Numbered from the stretch's first letter, positions 49,094 to 59,286 are shown. The stretch is 64,000 nt of DNA from Candidatus Scybalosoma faecavium (GCA_018716135.1 DVKG01000009.1:37525-101524), one strand, 5' to 3'. Translations and numbers: made by a program. The notes: generated from the sequence alone by a model not told the origin.

Positions 49094-49394
49094 CTGTCTA
49101 TACCTCCAGCCTCAGACTTTATAAGCATTATTGCGCCCCAACCCGAGCCAACTCTTCATTAATAATATATATTATATCAAACAGTTAAAAATCGCGGCTG
49201 CTTAATCTGTACACAACTCAGCGTACAGTCGCGTATTCTTGACCTCGCCGTTTTTAGCTGCGTCAGACTCTGTGTACGCATACGGCAGCCCGTCCCGCAG
49301 CTTGTCCAATATTTTTTATTGTTCAGCGGGCTTGCCAAAGCCGCCGCGTCGCTCGTTCTCCATTTTCTTATTTTTCATTTCATATTCCGGTTCC

Positions 49395-52300
49395 TTAGCT
49401 CTGCATGTCCACCGACACCATTCCGGACACGCCTTTTTCTCCCATAGCAACTCCATACAGCACATCGCAGACTGCCATAGTGGGCTTTCTGTGTGTGATT
49501 ACTACAAACTGCGACTCAGGCATGCCTTTCAAATACTGCGCGAGACGATGTACATTAGCTTCGTCGAGCGGCGCATCTATCTCGTCCAGCAGGCATACCG
49601 GAGACGGATTTATCTTTATCATGGCAAAGGTGAGCGCAATGGCGGTCAGAGCCTTCTCTCCGCCCGAGAGCAGCGTTATATTCTGCAGCTTCTTTCCCGG
49701 CGGTACGGCGGATATATCTATGCCGCAGCTCATTATATCTCCCTCGCCCAATGTCAGCTTCGCCGTGCCTCCGCCGAAAAGCTCCCCGAAGATTTTTCCA
49801 AAATGCTCGTTTATCTTTTCAAAGCTGTCCTTGAAGCTCGTCCGCATTCCCGTCATCAGCTTGTCTATCAACGTTTCGAGATCCTCCTTCGCCTTAAGGA
49901 GATCCTCCCTTTGCGCAGTCATATCGTCAGAACGCTGCTTGAGTATTTCATATTCTTCAGGAGCGGATGGATTTACGCCGCCCAGCTCCCGAATGGCAGC
50001 TTTTATTCCGGTTATTTCGCTCGAAGCCTTTGCAAACGATATATCCGTTCTGTCTCTTATGTCTTTTGCATTGCCATAAGTTATGGAATATTCGTTAAAA
50101 AGCTTCTGAGCCGCATTTTCACGCGCATATTTTACCTTGTCCATCTGACCGCGCACCGAGAACACTCTGTCAGACAGAGCCGCTTTTTCCTCCTGAATCT
50201 CTGTGGATCGCTTCTGCGCCCCAAACGACGCATCCTGCGCCGCTTTCTGCTCTTTTTCAAGCTTAGAGAGCTCTTCTTCCCTCGCCGCAAGCTTCTGTTT
50301 TTCCTGCGATAGACTCTGAGCCAAAGCGCTTTCCGCCTGTTTAGACTCCTCCGTTCTCTCTGTAAGCTTTTGCAATTCGGAATCTGAATCCTGTGCCGTA
50401 CGCCGTGCGTCCAGAAGCTCTGTCTCAAGTCTGGAAAGGCGCTCCGCCGCGCTCTTTCTTTTCGCCGACGTCTCTGCCAATTCTATGCCCAGCTCGCGCA
50501 CTCTGTCGTTCAGTCTCTCCGACACGCCGTCGTCCAAAGGCGACGTCTGCTCCAAGCTGCGCTCTATGCCCGTCAGCTCCTGCTCCAGCGCAGTCTCCCT
50601 TGCCGCAAAATTCTCTGCTCTGGCGTTCAGCCGCTCGGCGGTTTTCTCATCGGGCAATTCCTCCAGCCGTTCCAGAGCATTCCGAGCTGAGGTCTCCGTT
50701 TCCTGCGCCGTCTTTAAGCTCTGTTCCAACGCCGCGCGCTGTATCTCTTTTTCTCTGAGCGCACTCTGAGCCTCGGACTGCTTCTCGGCCGTCTGCCCTT
50801 CTTTCGCCAAAAGGCTGTCTGCCCTTTTTTTCAGAGAATGCAACTGCTCCTGCGTTTCAGACAAGGCGTTTTTCGCATCCTCTATTTTTCTCTCTCTGGA
50901 GACGAGGCCGTATCTGTTCTTTCCCGTGCTGCCTCCGGTCATCGTCCCGCCCGGTCTCAGGATGTCGCCCTGGAGCGTCACGCACCTCAGCGCCTGACCG
51001 GAAGCGCGCATAAGCTGTATGCCGCTGTCCATATCCTCGACTATGACCGTTCGCGCCAGCAAAAAGTTTATTGCTTTTTCTATCTCTGCCGGATATTCCA
51101 CAGCTTCGTTCGCCGCGCACACCACGCCCGGCATATTCATATACCGCCTTTCGGACGCGCTCATATGCTGCTGACGCAGCGCCGCCAGAGGCAGAAATGT
51201 GACTCTGCCCATGCGCTTCTGTCTGAGAATATTTATTGCGTATTTCGCGTCGTATTCATCATGTACTATGACGTTTTGCAGCGCGCCTCCGAGCGCCGCC
51301 TCTATCGCCTGTTCGTATTCCGCAGGAGTGCGCACCAGCTCAGCCACAGTACCTATCATTCTGTCCGAAAGCTCAGGATCGCGCGCCGCATAGTTCATAA
51401 GCCGCTTTACGCTCTCGTAATATCCTTCATATTCTTCTTTCATACCCGTGAGCATTTTTAGCTGAGTTCCTCTTTCGGAGGCCTGCCTTTCCAGGCTTCT
51501 GATGTGATTCTCCAGTTCGGACTTTTCTCTCGCCAGGTTCAGCTTTTGCCCTGTCAGCTCGTTCAGCTCTGCCGCCGCCGTTTCCGTCTCTTTCGCAAGG
51601 GTTTCCATCTGCTTTTCGATCTGTTCCCTGATCTCAGCAGCTTTCTGCGCCTCGTCCCGCGCTCTTAATATCTCCTCTGCGCTGCGCTGAGTGCGCTCCG
51701 CTTCTGTTCGCGCCTGCTCCTTCGCCTGCGCCAGCTGCCCGCGCACGTCAGATAGCTCTCCCAAAAGCTCCACCTGACGCGCCCTCAGCTTTGCCAGACT
51801 GCGCTCAGCGTCTTTTCTAAGTTCAGTATGCTCCGTATAGTCGCGCTGTGCCTTTTCAAGCTCCGCCTTCGCCTTTTTTTCTTTTAGCTCTCCCTCCGAC
51901 AGCTCTTTGCGAGTGTCTTCTATCTCTTTTTCGATGTTTTTCAGCGCGTCCTCGCTGTTAGCTCTGTTCCGCTGAATTGTCTCCGCGCGCTGCTGTGCAT
52001 TCGCGCGGCGCTCCGCCTGCAAGTTCATCTCGCCCTGTATTCTCTCGCAATTCGCTCTGAGAGCCGAACGCTCCTCCGACAAAGCTCCGACCTGCTCCGT
52101 GAGCTCAGACAATCTGAGCTGAGCCTCCTCTGCCGCGCGAGCTTCTGAATCCAGGCGCTTTTGCAGCCCCGCCATCTCTCCGTCCAGCAGGTCATACTCT
52201 TCTTTCAGCTTTTTCTCTCTCTCAGCATATTTCTCGTAATTGTAAGCGTATATTACCGCATCGAGAGTGCGCTGAGTCTCGGCCAGCTCAAAGTATTTCT

Positions 52301-52937
52301 TTGCCCTCTCCGCCTGCACGCGCATAGGCTCCAACTGATTATTGAGCTCCCCGAGTATATCCTCCACTCTGGTGAGGTTATCCGCCGTTTTTTCCAGCTT
52401 GGCCTCCGCTTCTTCCTTGCGCACGCGGAATTTCATTATGCCGGCCGCTTCTTCAAAGACCTTTCTTCTCGCCTGCGGCTTACTCGACAGTATCTCGTCT
52501 ATCCGACCCTGACCTATTATGGAGTACCCCTCTTTGCCTATGCCGGTATCGCGCACAAGCTCCAAAACGTCTCGCAGCCTGACGAGCTTTCCGTTTATTC
52601 TATACTCGCTTTCGCCCGAACGATACAGCTTCCGCGAGACGGTTATTTCCGAAAATTCACTTTTCATTTTGCCGTCTGCATTGTCGAACACCAAAGTAAC
52701 CTCCGCGAAGGACTTTCTCGCGCGCTGCGCCGTCCCTCCGAATATGACGTCCTCCATCTTGTCTCCGCGCAGATTCTTGCTGCTCTGCTCTCCCAGAACC
52801 CATCTTAGCGCGTCGGCTATGTTGCTCTTTCCGCTTCCGTTCGGCCCTACTATTCCCGTTATGCCCGGGGTTATCTCTAAATGCGTCTTATTTGCAAATG
52901 ATTTAAAACCATTCAATTCTATCGTTTTTAAGTACAA
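49395..52937 (-). CDS. smc: Chromosome partition protein Smc
   Basis: 1180 aa with Walker A GPNGSGKSN, long coiled coils, a hinge, and the C-terminal signature LSGGEKALTAIAL. Confidence 0.97.
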   Translation of the reverse strand: MYLKTIELNGFKSFANKTHLEITPGITGIVGPNGSGKSNIADALRWVLGEQSSKNLRGDKMEDVIFGGTAQRARKSFAEVTLVFDNADGKMKSEFSEITVSRKLYRSGESEYRINGKLVRLRDVLELVRDTGIGKEGYSIIGQGRIDEILSSKPQARRKVFEEAAGIMKFRVRKEEAEAKLEKTADNLTRVEDILGELNNQLEPMRVQAERAKKYFELAETQRTLDAVIYAYNYEKYAEREKKLKEEYDLLDGEMAGLQKRLDSEARAAEEAQLRLSELTEQVGALSEERSALRANCERIQGEMNLQAERRANAQQRAETIQRNRANSEDALKNIEKEIEDTRKELSEGELKEKKAKAELEKAQRDYTEHTELRKDAERSLAKLRARQVELLGELSDVRGQLAQAKEQARTEAERTQRSAEEILRARDEAQKAAEIREQIEKQMETLAKETETAAAELNELTGQKLNLAREKSELENHIRSLERQASERGTQLKMLTGMKEEYEGYYESVKRLMNYAARDPELSDRMIGTVAELVRTPAEYEQAIEAALGGALQNVIVHDEYDAKYAINILRQKRMGRVTFLPLAALRQQHMSASERRYMNMPGVVCAANEAVEYPAEIEKAINFLLARTVIVEDMDSGIQLMRASGQALRCVTLQGDILRPGGTMTGGSTGKNRYGLVSRERKIEDAKNALSETQEQLHSLKKRADSLLAKEGQTAEKQSEAQSALREKEIQRAALEQSLKTAQETETSARNALERLEELPDEKTAERLNARAENFAARETALEQELTGIERSLEQTSPLDDGVSERLNDRVRELGIELAETSAKRKSAAERLSRLETELLDARRTAQDSDSELQKLTERTEESKQAESALAQSLSQEKQKLAAREEELSKLEKEQKAAQDASFGAQKRSTEIQEEKAALSDRVFSVRGQMDKVKYARENAAQKLFNEYSITYGNAKDIRDRTDISFAKASSEITGIKAAIRELGGVNPSAPEEYEILKQRSDDMTAQREDLLKAKEDLETLIDKLMTGMRTSFKDSFEKINEHFGKIFGELFGGGTAKLTLGEGDIMSCGIDISAVPPGKKLQNITLLSGGEKALTAIALTFAMIKINPSPVCLLDEIDAPLDEANVHRLAQYLKGMPESQFVVITHRKPTMAVCDVLYGVAMGEKGVSGMVSVDMQS

Positions 52938-53059
52938 CTATTTCTCCCGCCTTAGCGTTAATGCCATCCGCTTTTTTAATCGTGTCTCTATTCTACCACA
53001 CTTTACCTCTGCGCGAAAGTACGCCGTTTTGCTTTGAAAAAGTTTTTTGCTTCCGACTC

Positions 53060-53088
53060 TTGACGCAGAACCTTGATTGCGATATAAT
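53060..53088 (+). promoter_or_regulatory. Sigma-70 promoter of tRNA-Thr
   Basis: TTGACG, 17-nt spacer, TATAAT. The -10 ends 12 nt before the tRNA 5' end. Confidence 0.75.
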
Positions 53089-53100
53089 AGTTTGGCAGGT

Positions 53101-53176
53101 GCTACTGTGGCTCAGTTGGTAGAGCAGCGCATTCGTAATGCGCAGGTCGTCGGTTCGAGTCCGACCAGTAGCTCCA
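53101..53176 (+). tRNA. tRNA-Thr (anticodon CGU), CCA encoded
   Basis: Cloverleaf folded by hand. Acceptor GCUACUG/CAGUAGC, D arm GCUC/GAGC, anticodon stem GCGCA/UGCGC with loop UUCGUAA, T arm GUCGG-UUCGAGU-CCGAC, then discriminator U and CCA. Confidence 0.93.
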
Positions 53177-53404
53177 TTTTTATTTTCTTTACTTAAATAT
53201 ATACATATATACGGCGCGGTTTTGAAGCATAAAAACCGCGCCTTCGCTATCTCTTCCTAATATAAATATAAATTGAAAGCTGCTGCTTTATCTGCTAAAT
53301 ATAGTTTTTTATTCCCGCTCATGTATAAACGAACGCCAAGCTGTGTTATAATACACTCGTAATTATTTTATAGCAACACGCTCTGCATATTTTAGGAGGA
53401 ACAA

Positions 53405-53557
53405 ATGGACGAACTTGTAGAAGTAATGAGCGATATATTAGACGAACTGAGAGAAATGAACCGCAAGCTCAACGATCTCACCTCAGGAGGAATGATAGAC
53501 CTCTCCGCCATAAACAGCAGCATAGAAAATCTCGAACAAGCCATAGAAAACAAATAA
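53405..53557 (+). CDS. Small acidic hypothetical protein (50 aa, predicted helical)
   Basis: Not in the track. AGGAGG lies 7 nt upstream of ATG 53405. My translation is MDELVEVMSDILDELREMNRKLNDLTSGGMIDLSAINSSIENLEQAIENK. An extended -10 (TGtTATAAT) lies upstream and a terminator hairpin directly downstream. The antisense track ORF 53392..53631 is judged spurious. Confidence 0.55.
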   Translation: MDELVEVMSDILDELREMNRKLNDLTSGGMIDLSAINSSIENLEQAIENK

Positions 53558-53562
53558 ACACA

Positions 53563-53590
53563 GCGTTCGCCAAAACGGCGAACGCCTTTT
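53563..53590. terminator. Convergent terminator between the small ORF and the methyltransferase gene
   Basis: GCGUUCGCC-AAAAC-GGCGAACGC hairpin followed by CUUUUC (plus strand) or UGUGUUUAUUUG (minus strand). Confidence 0.7.
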
Positions 53591-53596
53591 CTATAT

Positions 53597-54328
53597 CTAA
53601 ATCTTTTTTGCTGCAAACTGCACTCTTTCATCCTGCTCCGACGCAGCCTCCCGCGTCAAAAAAGAGTACGCCGAGCATTCTTCAAAGCCCGCCTCGCGCA
53701 GAAGCTCCAGCACGCGCCCTGTCTCATACGCCGTCTGCTCCTGCATCTCGTCGTATCTGCGATATATATCTCCCTCGCGCACAAAAACAGATACTTCAAA
53801 CTTCACGCGCGCGTCGCCTATTTTCTCACTTTGCCAAAAGCAGGTCGCGTCGTCACCGTCATCATAAAAGAAATTGTCCGATAGAATTTCGTTCAGCTTA
53901 TGCCTCGTGCTCATATCAAACAGGAGCGCTCCGCCTTTTTTTATACAGCTATACGCGCCTTTGAAAAACGCTTTCAGCTCGCTCTCGCTTTGCATATAAT
54001 TCACGCCGTCGCAGCAGCACACGAGCGCATCTCTTCGCGGAATATCGAGCGCAGTCATATCTTGAATTATAAACATGCACTTTTCTCCCGCCGCCCTCGC
54101 CTTCGCTTTGGCACAATCCAGCATTCCGGCTGATATATCGCTCGCGATAACGTCAAAGCCCATCCTCGCCAGTCTTAAAGATATGCTTCCCGTGCCGCAC
54201 GCCGTTTCAGCTATCTTCTTCGCGCCAATCTCGTTCAAAAAGCCGGAAATATACTCCGCCCAGCCGTCATAATCCACATCGCGCATGAGTACGTCATACG
54301 CATAACACAATGCCTCATAGCTTTTCAT
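53597..54328 (-). CDS. Class I SAM-dependent methyltransferase
   Basis: 243 aa with motif I ETACGTGSISLRLA. The start overlaps the stop of the upstream M20 gene. Confidence 0.75.
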   Translation of the reverse strand: MKSYEALCYAYDVLMRDVDYDGWAEYISGFLNEIGAKKIAETACGTGSISLRLARMGFDVIASDISAGMLDCAKAKARAAGEKCMFIIQDMTALDIPRRDALVCCCDGVNYMQSESELKAFFKGAYSCIKKGGALLFDMSTRHKLNEILSDNFFYDDGDDATCFWQSEKIGDARVKFEVSVFVREGDIYRRYDEMQEQTAYETGRVLELLREAGFEECSAYSFLTREAASEQDERVQFAAKKI

Positions 54329-55467
54329 GCCACACCTGCGATTTTTGCAAACAGCGCCAGACCTTCTGCCATTATGCTTTCGTCGAAGTCAAAATCGGCG
54401 CTGTGAAGCGGTACGGAGTTTTCGTCTCCTGCTCCGAGGAATATAAAGCAGCCCGGAACTTCCTTCTGATAGAAAGAAAAATCTTCGCTCATCATCACCT
54501 CCCGCACATCGAATATTTGCTCCGGCGCCATCATACCCGCCACTTTGTCTACCAGCTCCCCGTCGTTCATGACAGCAGGATAGCTCATAGTCTCGAAATA
54601 CTCTCCGCGCACTCCGGTGTAAAGCTCTATGCCGTCCAATATCTTCTGCATTCCCTGCTTGATATGCGCCGACACTTTTTCATTGAACACACGCAGCGTT
54701 CCTTCTATCAAAACATCACCGCAGACTATATTCCTCGCTTCGCCTCCGGAGATAGTCCCAAACGTCAGAACCGACTTCTCATACGGGTCTGTCTGCCTTG
54801 TTATAAGCGTTTGCGCCTGCATTATGAAGCTCGCCGCCGCTATCAGAGCGTCGTTTCCGCCATGCGGCGCCGCGCCGTGAGCCGCCTTTCCCTTCAGTCT
54901 CACATTGACATCCGTCATCTCGCTCATAAGCGCGCCTTTTTTCAGTCCGTACGTATGCTTGGGGACGTCGGGCCATATATGCAGACCATATATTTCGTCT
55001 ACATCAGGCGATCTCAACGCGCCTTCTTTTATCATTCCGTCCGAGCCTCCGTTCTGTTCTTCCGCAGGCTGGAATATAAATACTATATTCTGCGTCAGCT
55101 TATCTTTATTCTCGCTCACAAGCTTTGCCAAAGTAAGCGCAATTGTCATATGACCGTCGTGACCGCAGGCGTGCATGACCCCGTCGTTCAGCGAGCAGAA
55201 GTCGTGCTCATTCTTCTCTGTTATAGACAGACCGTCTATATCCGCGCGGAAGGCTATCGTCTTTTCTGCATTCTCGGCATAAAAAACCGCCTTTACTCCT
55301 GTCTCAAACAGCACCTCTACGCTGTCCGGTGATAATTTCTTCATATACTCCAATATGAAATCGCGCGTTTCATATTCCTCTCCGGAAAGCTCCGGTCTTC
55401 TGTGCAGCGTCCTGCGCAGGTCTATCATAAAAGGAAGATATTCGTTCAAAGGCTCGAGTTTCGGCAT
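54325..55467 (-). CDS. M20D-family amidohydrolase (N-acyl-L-amino acid amidohydrolase / hippurate hydrolase-like)
   Basis: 380 aa with ..MHACGHDGH.. and ..FQPAEE.. metal-binding blocks. Confidence 0.85.
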   Translation of the reverse strand: MPKLEPLNEYLPFMIDLRRTLHRRPELSGEEYETRDFILEYMKKLSPDSVEVLFETGVKAVFYAENAEKTIAFRADIDGLSITEKNEHDFCSLNDGVMHACGHDGHMTIALTLAKLVSENKDKLTQNIVFIFQPAEEQNGGSDGMIKEGALRSPDVDEIYGLHIWPDVPKHTYGLKKGALMSEMTDVNVRLKGKAAHGAAPHGGNDALIAAASFIMQAQTLITRQTDPYEKSVLTFGTISGGEARNIVCGDVLIEGTLRVFNEKVSAHIKQGMQKILDGIELYTGVRGEYFETMSYPAVMNDGELVDKVAGMMAPEQIFDVREVMMSEDFSFYQKEVPGCFIFLGAGDENSVPLHSADFDFDESIMAEGLALFAKIAGVA

Positions 55468-55707
55468 TCTTTTTTCTCCTTACATATTCATTATCATTAA
55501 AAAGTATACTACATCGCACGGCTGCGCGCAAATCCGCGCCGAAAAAACCTTGGTTTAAACCTAGCATTCATACCTAAATGCAAGCTTTAAAATCAAAAAA
55601 TGCAGTTACACATGCTTTTTCTCAAATATTCAGCTCTATCCCCCAATATATGTGATATAATGTGTTCATCCGAAAAATTTTCGGATTGTGAAATAGAAAA
55701 CTAGGAG

Positions 55708-56757
55708 ATGGAAAACATAATGAATATAGTAGTTCTTGCCGGAGGTTTCGGCAAAGAGAGACAGGTATCCCTCTCATCCGGCGGCATGGTTGCCCGCGCA
55801 TTGCGCGAGGCCGGTCACGATGTAATACTCGTCGATTCCTATCTCGGAGTCAAGGATCTGCCGGAGGACATAACGCTCGCGTTTAAAAACGCCGAGCTTC
55901 CCACAACTAAAGTTGAGCGAACCGTACCTGATCTTCAAGCTTTGGCGGCGTCCCGCACGGGCGGCCTCGGCGAAATAGGCGACGGCGTCATCGAGCTTTG
56001 CCGCGCGGCGGATATAGTTTATATGGCTCTGCACGGCGACGACGGCGAAAACGGAAAAATGCAGGCCTTTTTCGACATTCTCGGCGTTAAATACACCGGA
56101 GCGGGATATTTGGAAAGCGCACTGGCAATGAACAAAAATCTGGCTAAGCTGCTTTTCGCAGAAAACGGAGTCCTCTCTCCCGAAGGCAAGCTGTTCAAAG
56201 CCGGAGACGACATATCTTCTGCGGCTCAAATGAAATTCCCGCTAATAGTCAAGCCTTGCTCCGGCGGCTCGAGCGTCGGTCTCTATCAGGTAGAAAACGA
56301 GGAGGAGCTGCGTCAGGCGTTTGAAAGCGCGTCCGAAGCATATGACGGCGAGGTTCTCATAGAACAAAAAATCACAGGACGTGAGTTTACCGTTGCTCTT
56401 CTCGGCGGCGAAGCCCTGCCCGTAATCGAAATCATCCCCAAAGGCGGTATGTACGACTACGAGCATAAATATCAGGCGGGCTGGACTGAAGAAATTTGTC
56501 CGGCGGAGATAACAGACGAGCAGCGTGAAAAGCTGCAAAAAGCTGCCCTCGCCGCTTACAACGCGCTTGGTCTCAGCGTATATGCGCGCGCGGACTTCAT
56601 CCTAACGGCAGACGACGAACCCTACTGCCTCGAGGTTAATACCCTGCCCGGCATGACTCCCACAAGCCTCGTCCCGCAGGCGGCGGCGGCCATAGGTCTG
56701 GGATACAGCGAGCTGTGTGATAAAATGATAAATCTTTCTTTGGAGAAATACAGGTAA
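55708..56757 (+). CDS. ddl: D-alanine--D-alanine ligase
   Basis: 349 aa, ATP-grasp, ..LHGDDGENGKMQAFFDILGVKYTG... The start could instead be ATG 55720. Confidence 0.92.
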   Translation: MENIMNIVVLAGGFGKERQVSLSSGGMVARALREAGHDVILVDSYLGVKDLPEDITLAFKNAELPTTKVERTVPDLQALAASRTGGLGEIGDGVIELCRAADIVYMALHGDDGENGKMQAFFDILGVKYTGAGYLESALAMNKNLAKLLFAENGVLSPEGKLFKAGDDISSAAQMKFPLIVKPCSGGSSVGLYQVENEEELRQAFESASEAYDGEVLIEQKITGREFTVALLGGEALPVIEIIPKGGMYDYEHKYQAGWTEEICPAEITDEQREKLQKAALAAYNALGLSVYARADFILTADDEPYCLEVNTLPGMTPTSLVPQAAAAIGLGYSELCDKMINLSLEKYR

Positions 56758-56765
56758 ATAAAAAC

Positions 56766-58112
56766 ATGAAAAGCTTTACAGCGTCGCAGGCGGCGCAGTG
56801 GATGAAAGGAAAACTCTACGGCGACGATACCATGATCGCCGCAGTTTCTATAGACAGCAGAAAAGCAAACGGCGCGCTCTTCGTCCCTATCATAGGAGAG
56901 CGTCTCGACGGGCGCAAATTTATTCCAAACGCCATGGAAAACGGCGCTGTTATGACCTTGGCTGACAGGTCGGTGCCATATCCTCACATTCTCGTGGACG
57001 ACACTCTCTCCGCGTTTCAGGATCTCGCAAAAGGTTACACCGCTTATGTCGGCACTAAGATCGTCGGTATAACAGGCAGCGCCGGAAAGACTACCACAAA
57101 AGAAATGATCGCCGCTGCACTCTCCGGCAAGCTCCGCGTTCACAAAACGCAAGGCAATTTCAACAATCAGACGGGCGTGCCTCAGACTCTTCTCGCTCTC
57201 AGCGAGGAGGATGAGATCGGCGTTATTGAAATGGGCATGAACCATTTCGGAGAAATACGCGCGCTCTCCCGCATGGCTCAGCCCGACGTCTGCGTTATAA
57301 CAAACATAGGCGAGGCTCACATAGAATATCTCGGTTCCAGAGAAGGCATTCTGCAAGCGAAAACCGAAATGCTCGAATACATGAAGCCTGACGGCAAAAT
57401 CATCGTAAACGGCGACGACGATATGCTGATAAAGCTAAAGCAGTCGCGCAGCGACGTAATAACATACGGTCTCGGCGAGCATTGCGACTTCCGCGCCGCG
57501 GACATAATAGACAAAGGTCTGGCGGGTATGGAATTTACAGTCATCGCTCCCGGAGTCAGCAGGCGCGTATTCGTTCCCGTCCCCGGCGCTCATATGGTTT
57601 ACAACGCTCTGGCGGCGGTGTGCGTCGGGCGCTGCTTCGGCTTGGCAATGAGCGACATTTCCGACGGAATCTCGGCGTACCGTCCGATCAAAGGCAGAAT
57701 GGACATACGCATCGGCAAACGTCTGACAGTCGTAGACGATACGTACAACGCCAACCCGCAGTCCATGCGCGCCGCTATAGACGCCGTATCCATCGCCAGC
57801 GGCAGGCGCGTTCTCATATTAGGCAACATGTTTGAGCTTGGCGAAAATCAGGTACAATACCACCGCGAGCTCGGCGAATACGCCGCCAAATCGGGCGCAG
57901 GTCTGATAATCGGCATAGGCGAAAACGGCTCTGACATTAAGGCCGGAGCTGACGCCTCCGGCGGAACGGCGCTCTCTTTCGAAACACAGGACGAGCTTCT
58001 GGTCCGTTTGCCCGAGCTGCTAAAAGCCGGCGATACAATACTTGTCAAAGGTTCGCGCGGTATGCATTTGGAAAAAACAGCAGACGCCGTACTCCAAATG
58101 GCCGAGCTTTGA
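56766..58112 (+). CDS. murF: UDP-N-acetylmuramoyl-tripeptide--D-alanyl-D-alanine ligase
   Basis: 448 aa with the Mur ligase P-loop GITGSAGKTTTKEM. Confidence 0.95.
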   Translation: MKSFTASQAAQWMKGKLYGDDTMIAAVSIDSRKANGALFVPIIGERLDGRKFIPNAMENGAVMTLADRSVPYPHILVDDTLSAFQDLAKGYTAYVGTKIVGITGSAGKTTTKEMIAAALSGKLRVHKTQGNFNNQTGVPQTLLALSEEDEIGVIEMGMNHFGEIRALSRMAQPDVCVITNIGEAHIEYLGSREGILQAKTEMLEYMKPDGKIIVNGDDDMLIKLKQSRSDVITYGLGEHCDFRAADIIDKGLAGMEFTVIAPGVSRRVFVPVPGAHMVYNALAAVCVGRCFGLAMSDISDGISAYRPIKGRMDIRIGKRLTVVDDTYNANPQSMRAAIDAVSIASGRRVLILGNMFELGENQVQYHRELGEYAAKSGAGLIIGIGENGSDIKAGADASGGTALSFETQDELLVRLPELLKAGDTILVKGSRGMHLEKTADAVLQMAEL

Positions 58113-58140
58113 TAATCCGCGCCAAATAAATCTGTACTTT

Positions 58141-58170
58141 AAGCTGCGCTTGCACGTGCGCAGCTTTTTA
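58141..58170 (+). terminator. Intrinsic terminator after murF
   Basis: AAGCUGCGC ... GCGCAGCUU hairpin followed by UUUA. Confidence 0.7.
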
Positions 58171-58195
58171 TGCTCAAATAACACCGGAGGAAAAC

Positions 58196-58726
58196 ATGTC
58201 TCAAAGACAAATTATAAAATGCTGCGCCGGCGATCTGAACACTGTAGCAGCGTTATACGACAAAACAGTTACACATCTTGAAAATACTATCAATTACCCT
58301 CGATGGACAAGCGGAGTTTACCCCTGCAGGGAGAGCGTCGCCAAAGCCATTTCCGAAGGGGTGCAATATATGTGTCTCGAAGACGGAAAAGCAGTCGGCG
58401 CGTTTATTTTAAACGAGGATCCGCAAGGCGACTACTCCGCCGGCGACTGGAAAAAAGCTCTGTCCGTCGGAGAATATTTAATAATACATACTCTCGCAGT
58501 ACCTCCCGAGCTGTCCCGCAAAGGCGTCGCATCTCTGATGGTAAATTTCAGCATAGCCAAAGCGAGAGGAGACGGGTATAAGGCTGTCAGAATCGACGTC
58601 GTCCCCGACAACTATCCCGCACGCAAGCTGTATGAACAATGCGGCTTTTCCTTCGCAGGAGAAAAAGACCTCAAGCGCGGGCTGGACGGCATTCCTAAAT
58701 TTGCACTTTATGAGCTTAATTTTTAG
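58196..58726 (+). CDS. GNAT-family N-acetyltransferase
   Basis: 176 aa with an acetyl-CoA-binding-like block, ..PELSRKGVASLMV... Confidence 0.8.
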   Translation: MSQRQIIKCCAGDLNTVAALYDKTVTHLENTINYPRWTSGVYPCRESVAKAISEGVQYMCLEDGKAVGAFILNEDPQGDYSAGDWKKALSVGEYLIIHTLAVPPELSRKGVASLMVNFSIAKARGDGYKAVRIDVVPDNYPARKLYEQCGFSFAGEKDLKRGLDGIPKFALYELNF

Positions 58727-58735
58727 ACTGCAATA

Positions 58736-58768
58736 ACAACCGCAGAAAAATCTGCGGTTGTTTATTTT
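58736..58768. terminator. Convergent terminator between the GNAT and DUF3795 genes
   Basis: ACAACCGCAGA-AAAA-UCUGCGGUUGU hairpin followed by UUAUUUU. Confidence 0.75.
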
Positions 58769-58769
58769 C

Positions 58770-59216
58770 TCAGTATCTTGGCTTGTCTTTTATCTCCTGA
58801 TAATATGCTTCTGCGCCAATTTCTCTTATTCTCTCATTTATAGCTACGTGACGCCTATACAAATTCTCATCCAGCCCCGTGTGATCGCACGGAAATTCAC
58901 TGCACTCGAAGCAGAATTCTACTTGTTTTTCCTCTGAGCACGCCCGCACTTTGCAGTTTTTGTAGAATTTGCACTTCTCTTTTCTGCATCCGCCGCACTC
59001 TGCATCAGAAAAATAATTCAACATTTTCTCAAACTGCGGATAAACCTCAAAAACCTCATCCAGCTGCACTGAAAACCTTTCTGCATACGGTCTGAAGTTT
59101 CCCAGATTCTTTTTCAACTCTGCGCTGTGTCTGTTTATATCCCCTCCGGCAAACGCAAAGCATTTTCCGCAGTGCAGTCCGCACGGCGCAAGTCTGTCAA
59201 GATACTCTTTGCCCAT
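58770..59216 (-). CDS. Cys-rich DUF3795-like protein
   Basis: 148 aa with ..APCGLHCGKCFAF.. and ..CGGCRKEKCKFYKNCKVRAC..CFECSEFPC... Confidence 0.55.
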   Translation of the reverse strand: MGKEYLDRLAPCGLHCGKCFAFAGGDINRHSAELKKNLGNFRPYAERFSVQLDEVFEVYPQFEKMLNYFSDAECGGCRKEKCKFYKNCKVRACSEEKQVEFCFECSEFPCDHTGLDENLYRRHVAINERIREIGAEAYYQEIKDKPRY

Positions 59217-59286
59217 ATTTTACCTCCTCACTTAAAAAACAGCCCGCGTCACTTTCCGCAACGCAGGCATAATCTGTTTACTTTAT

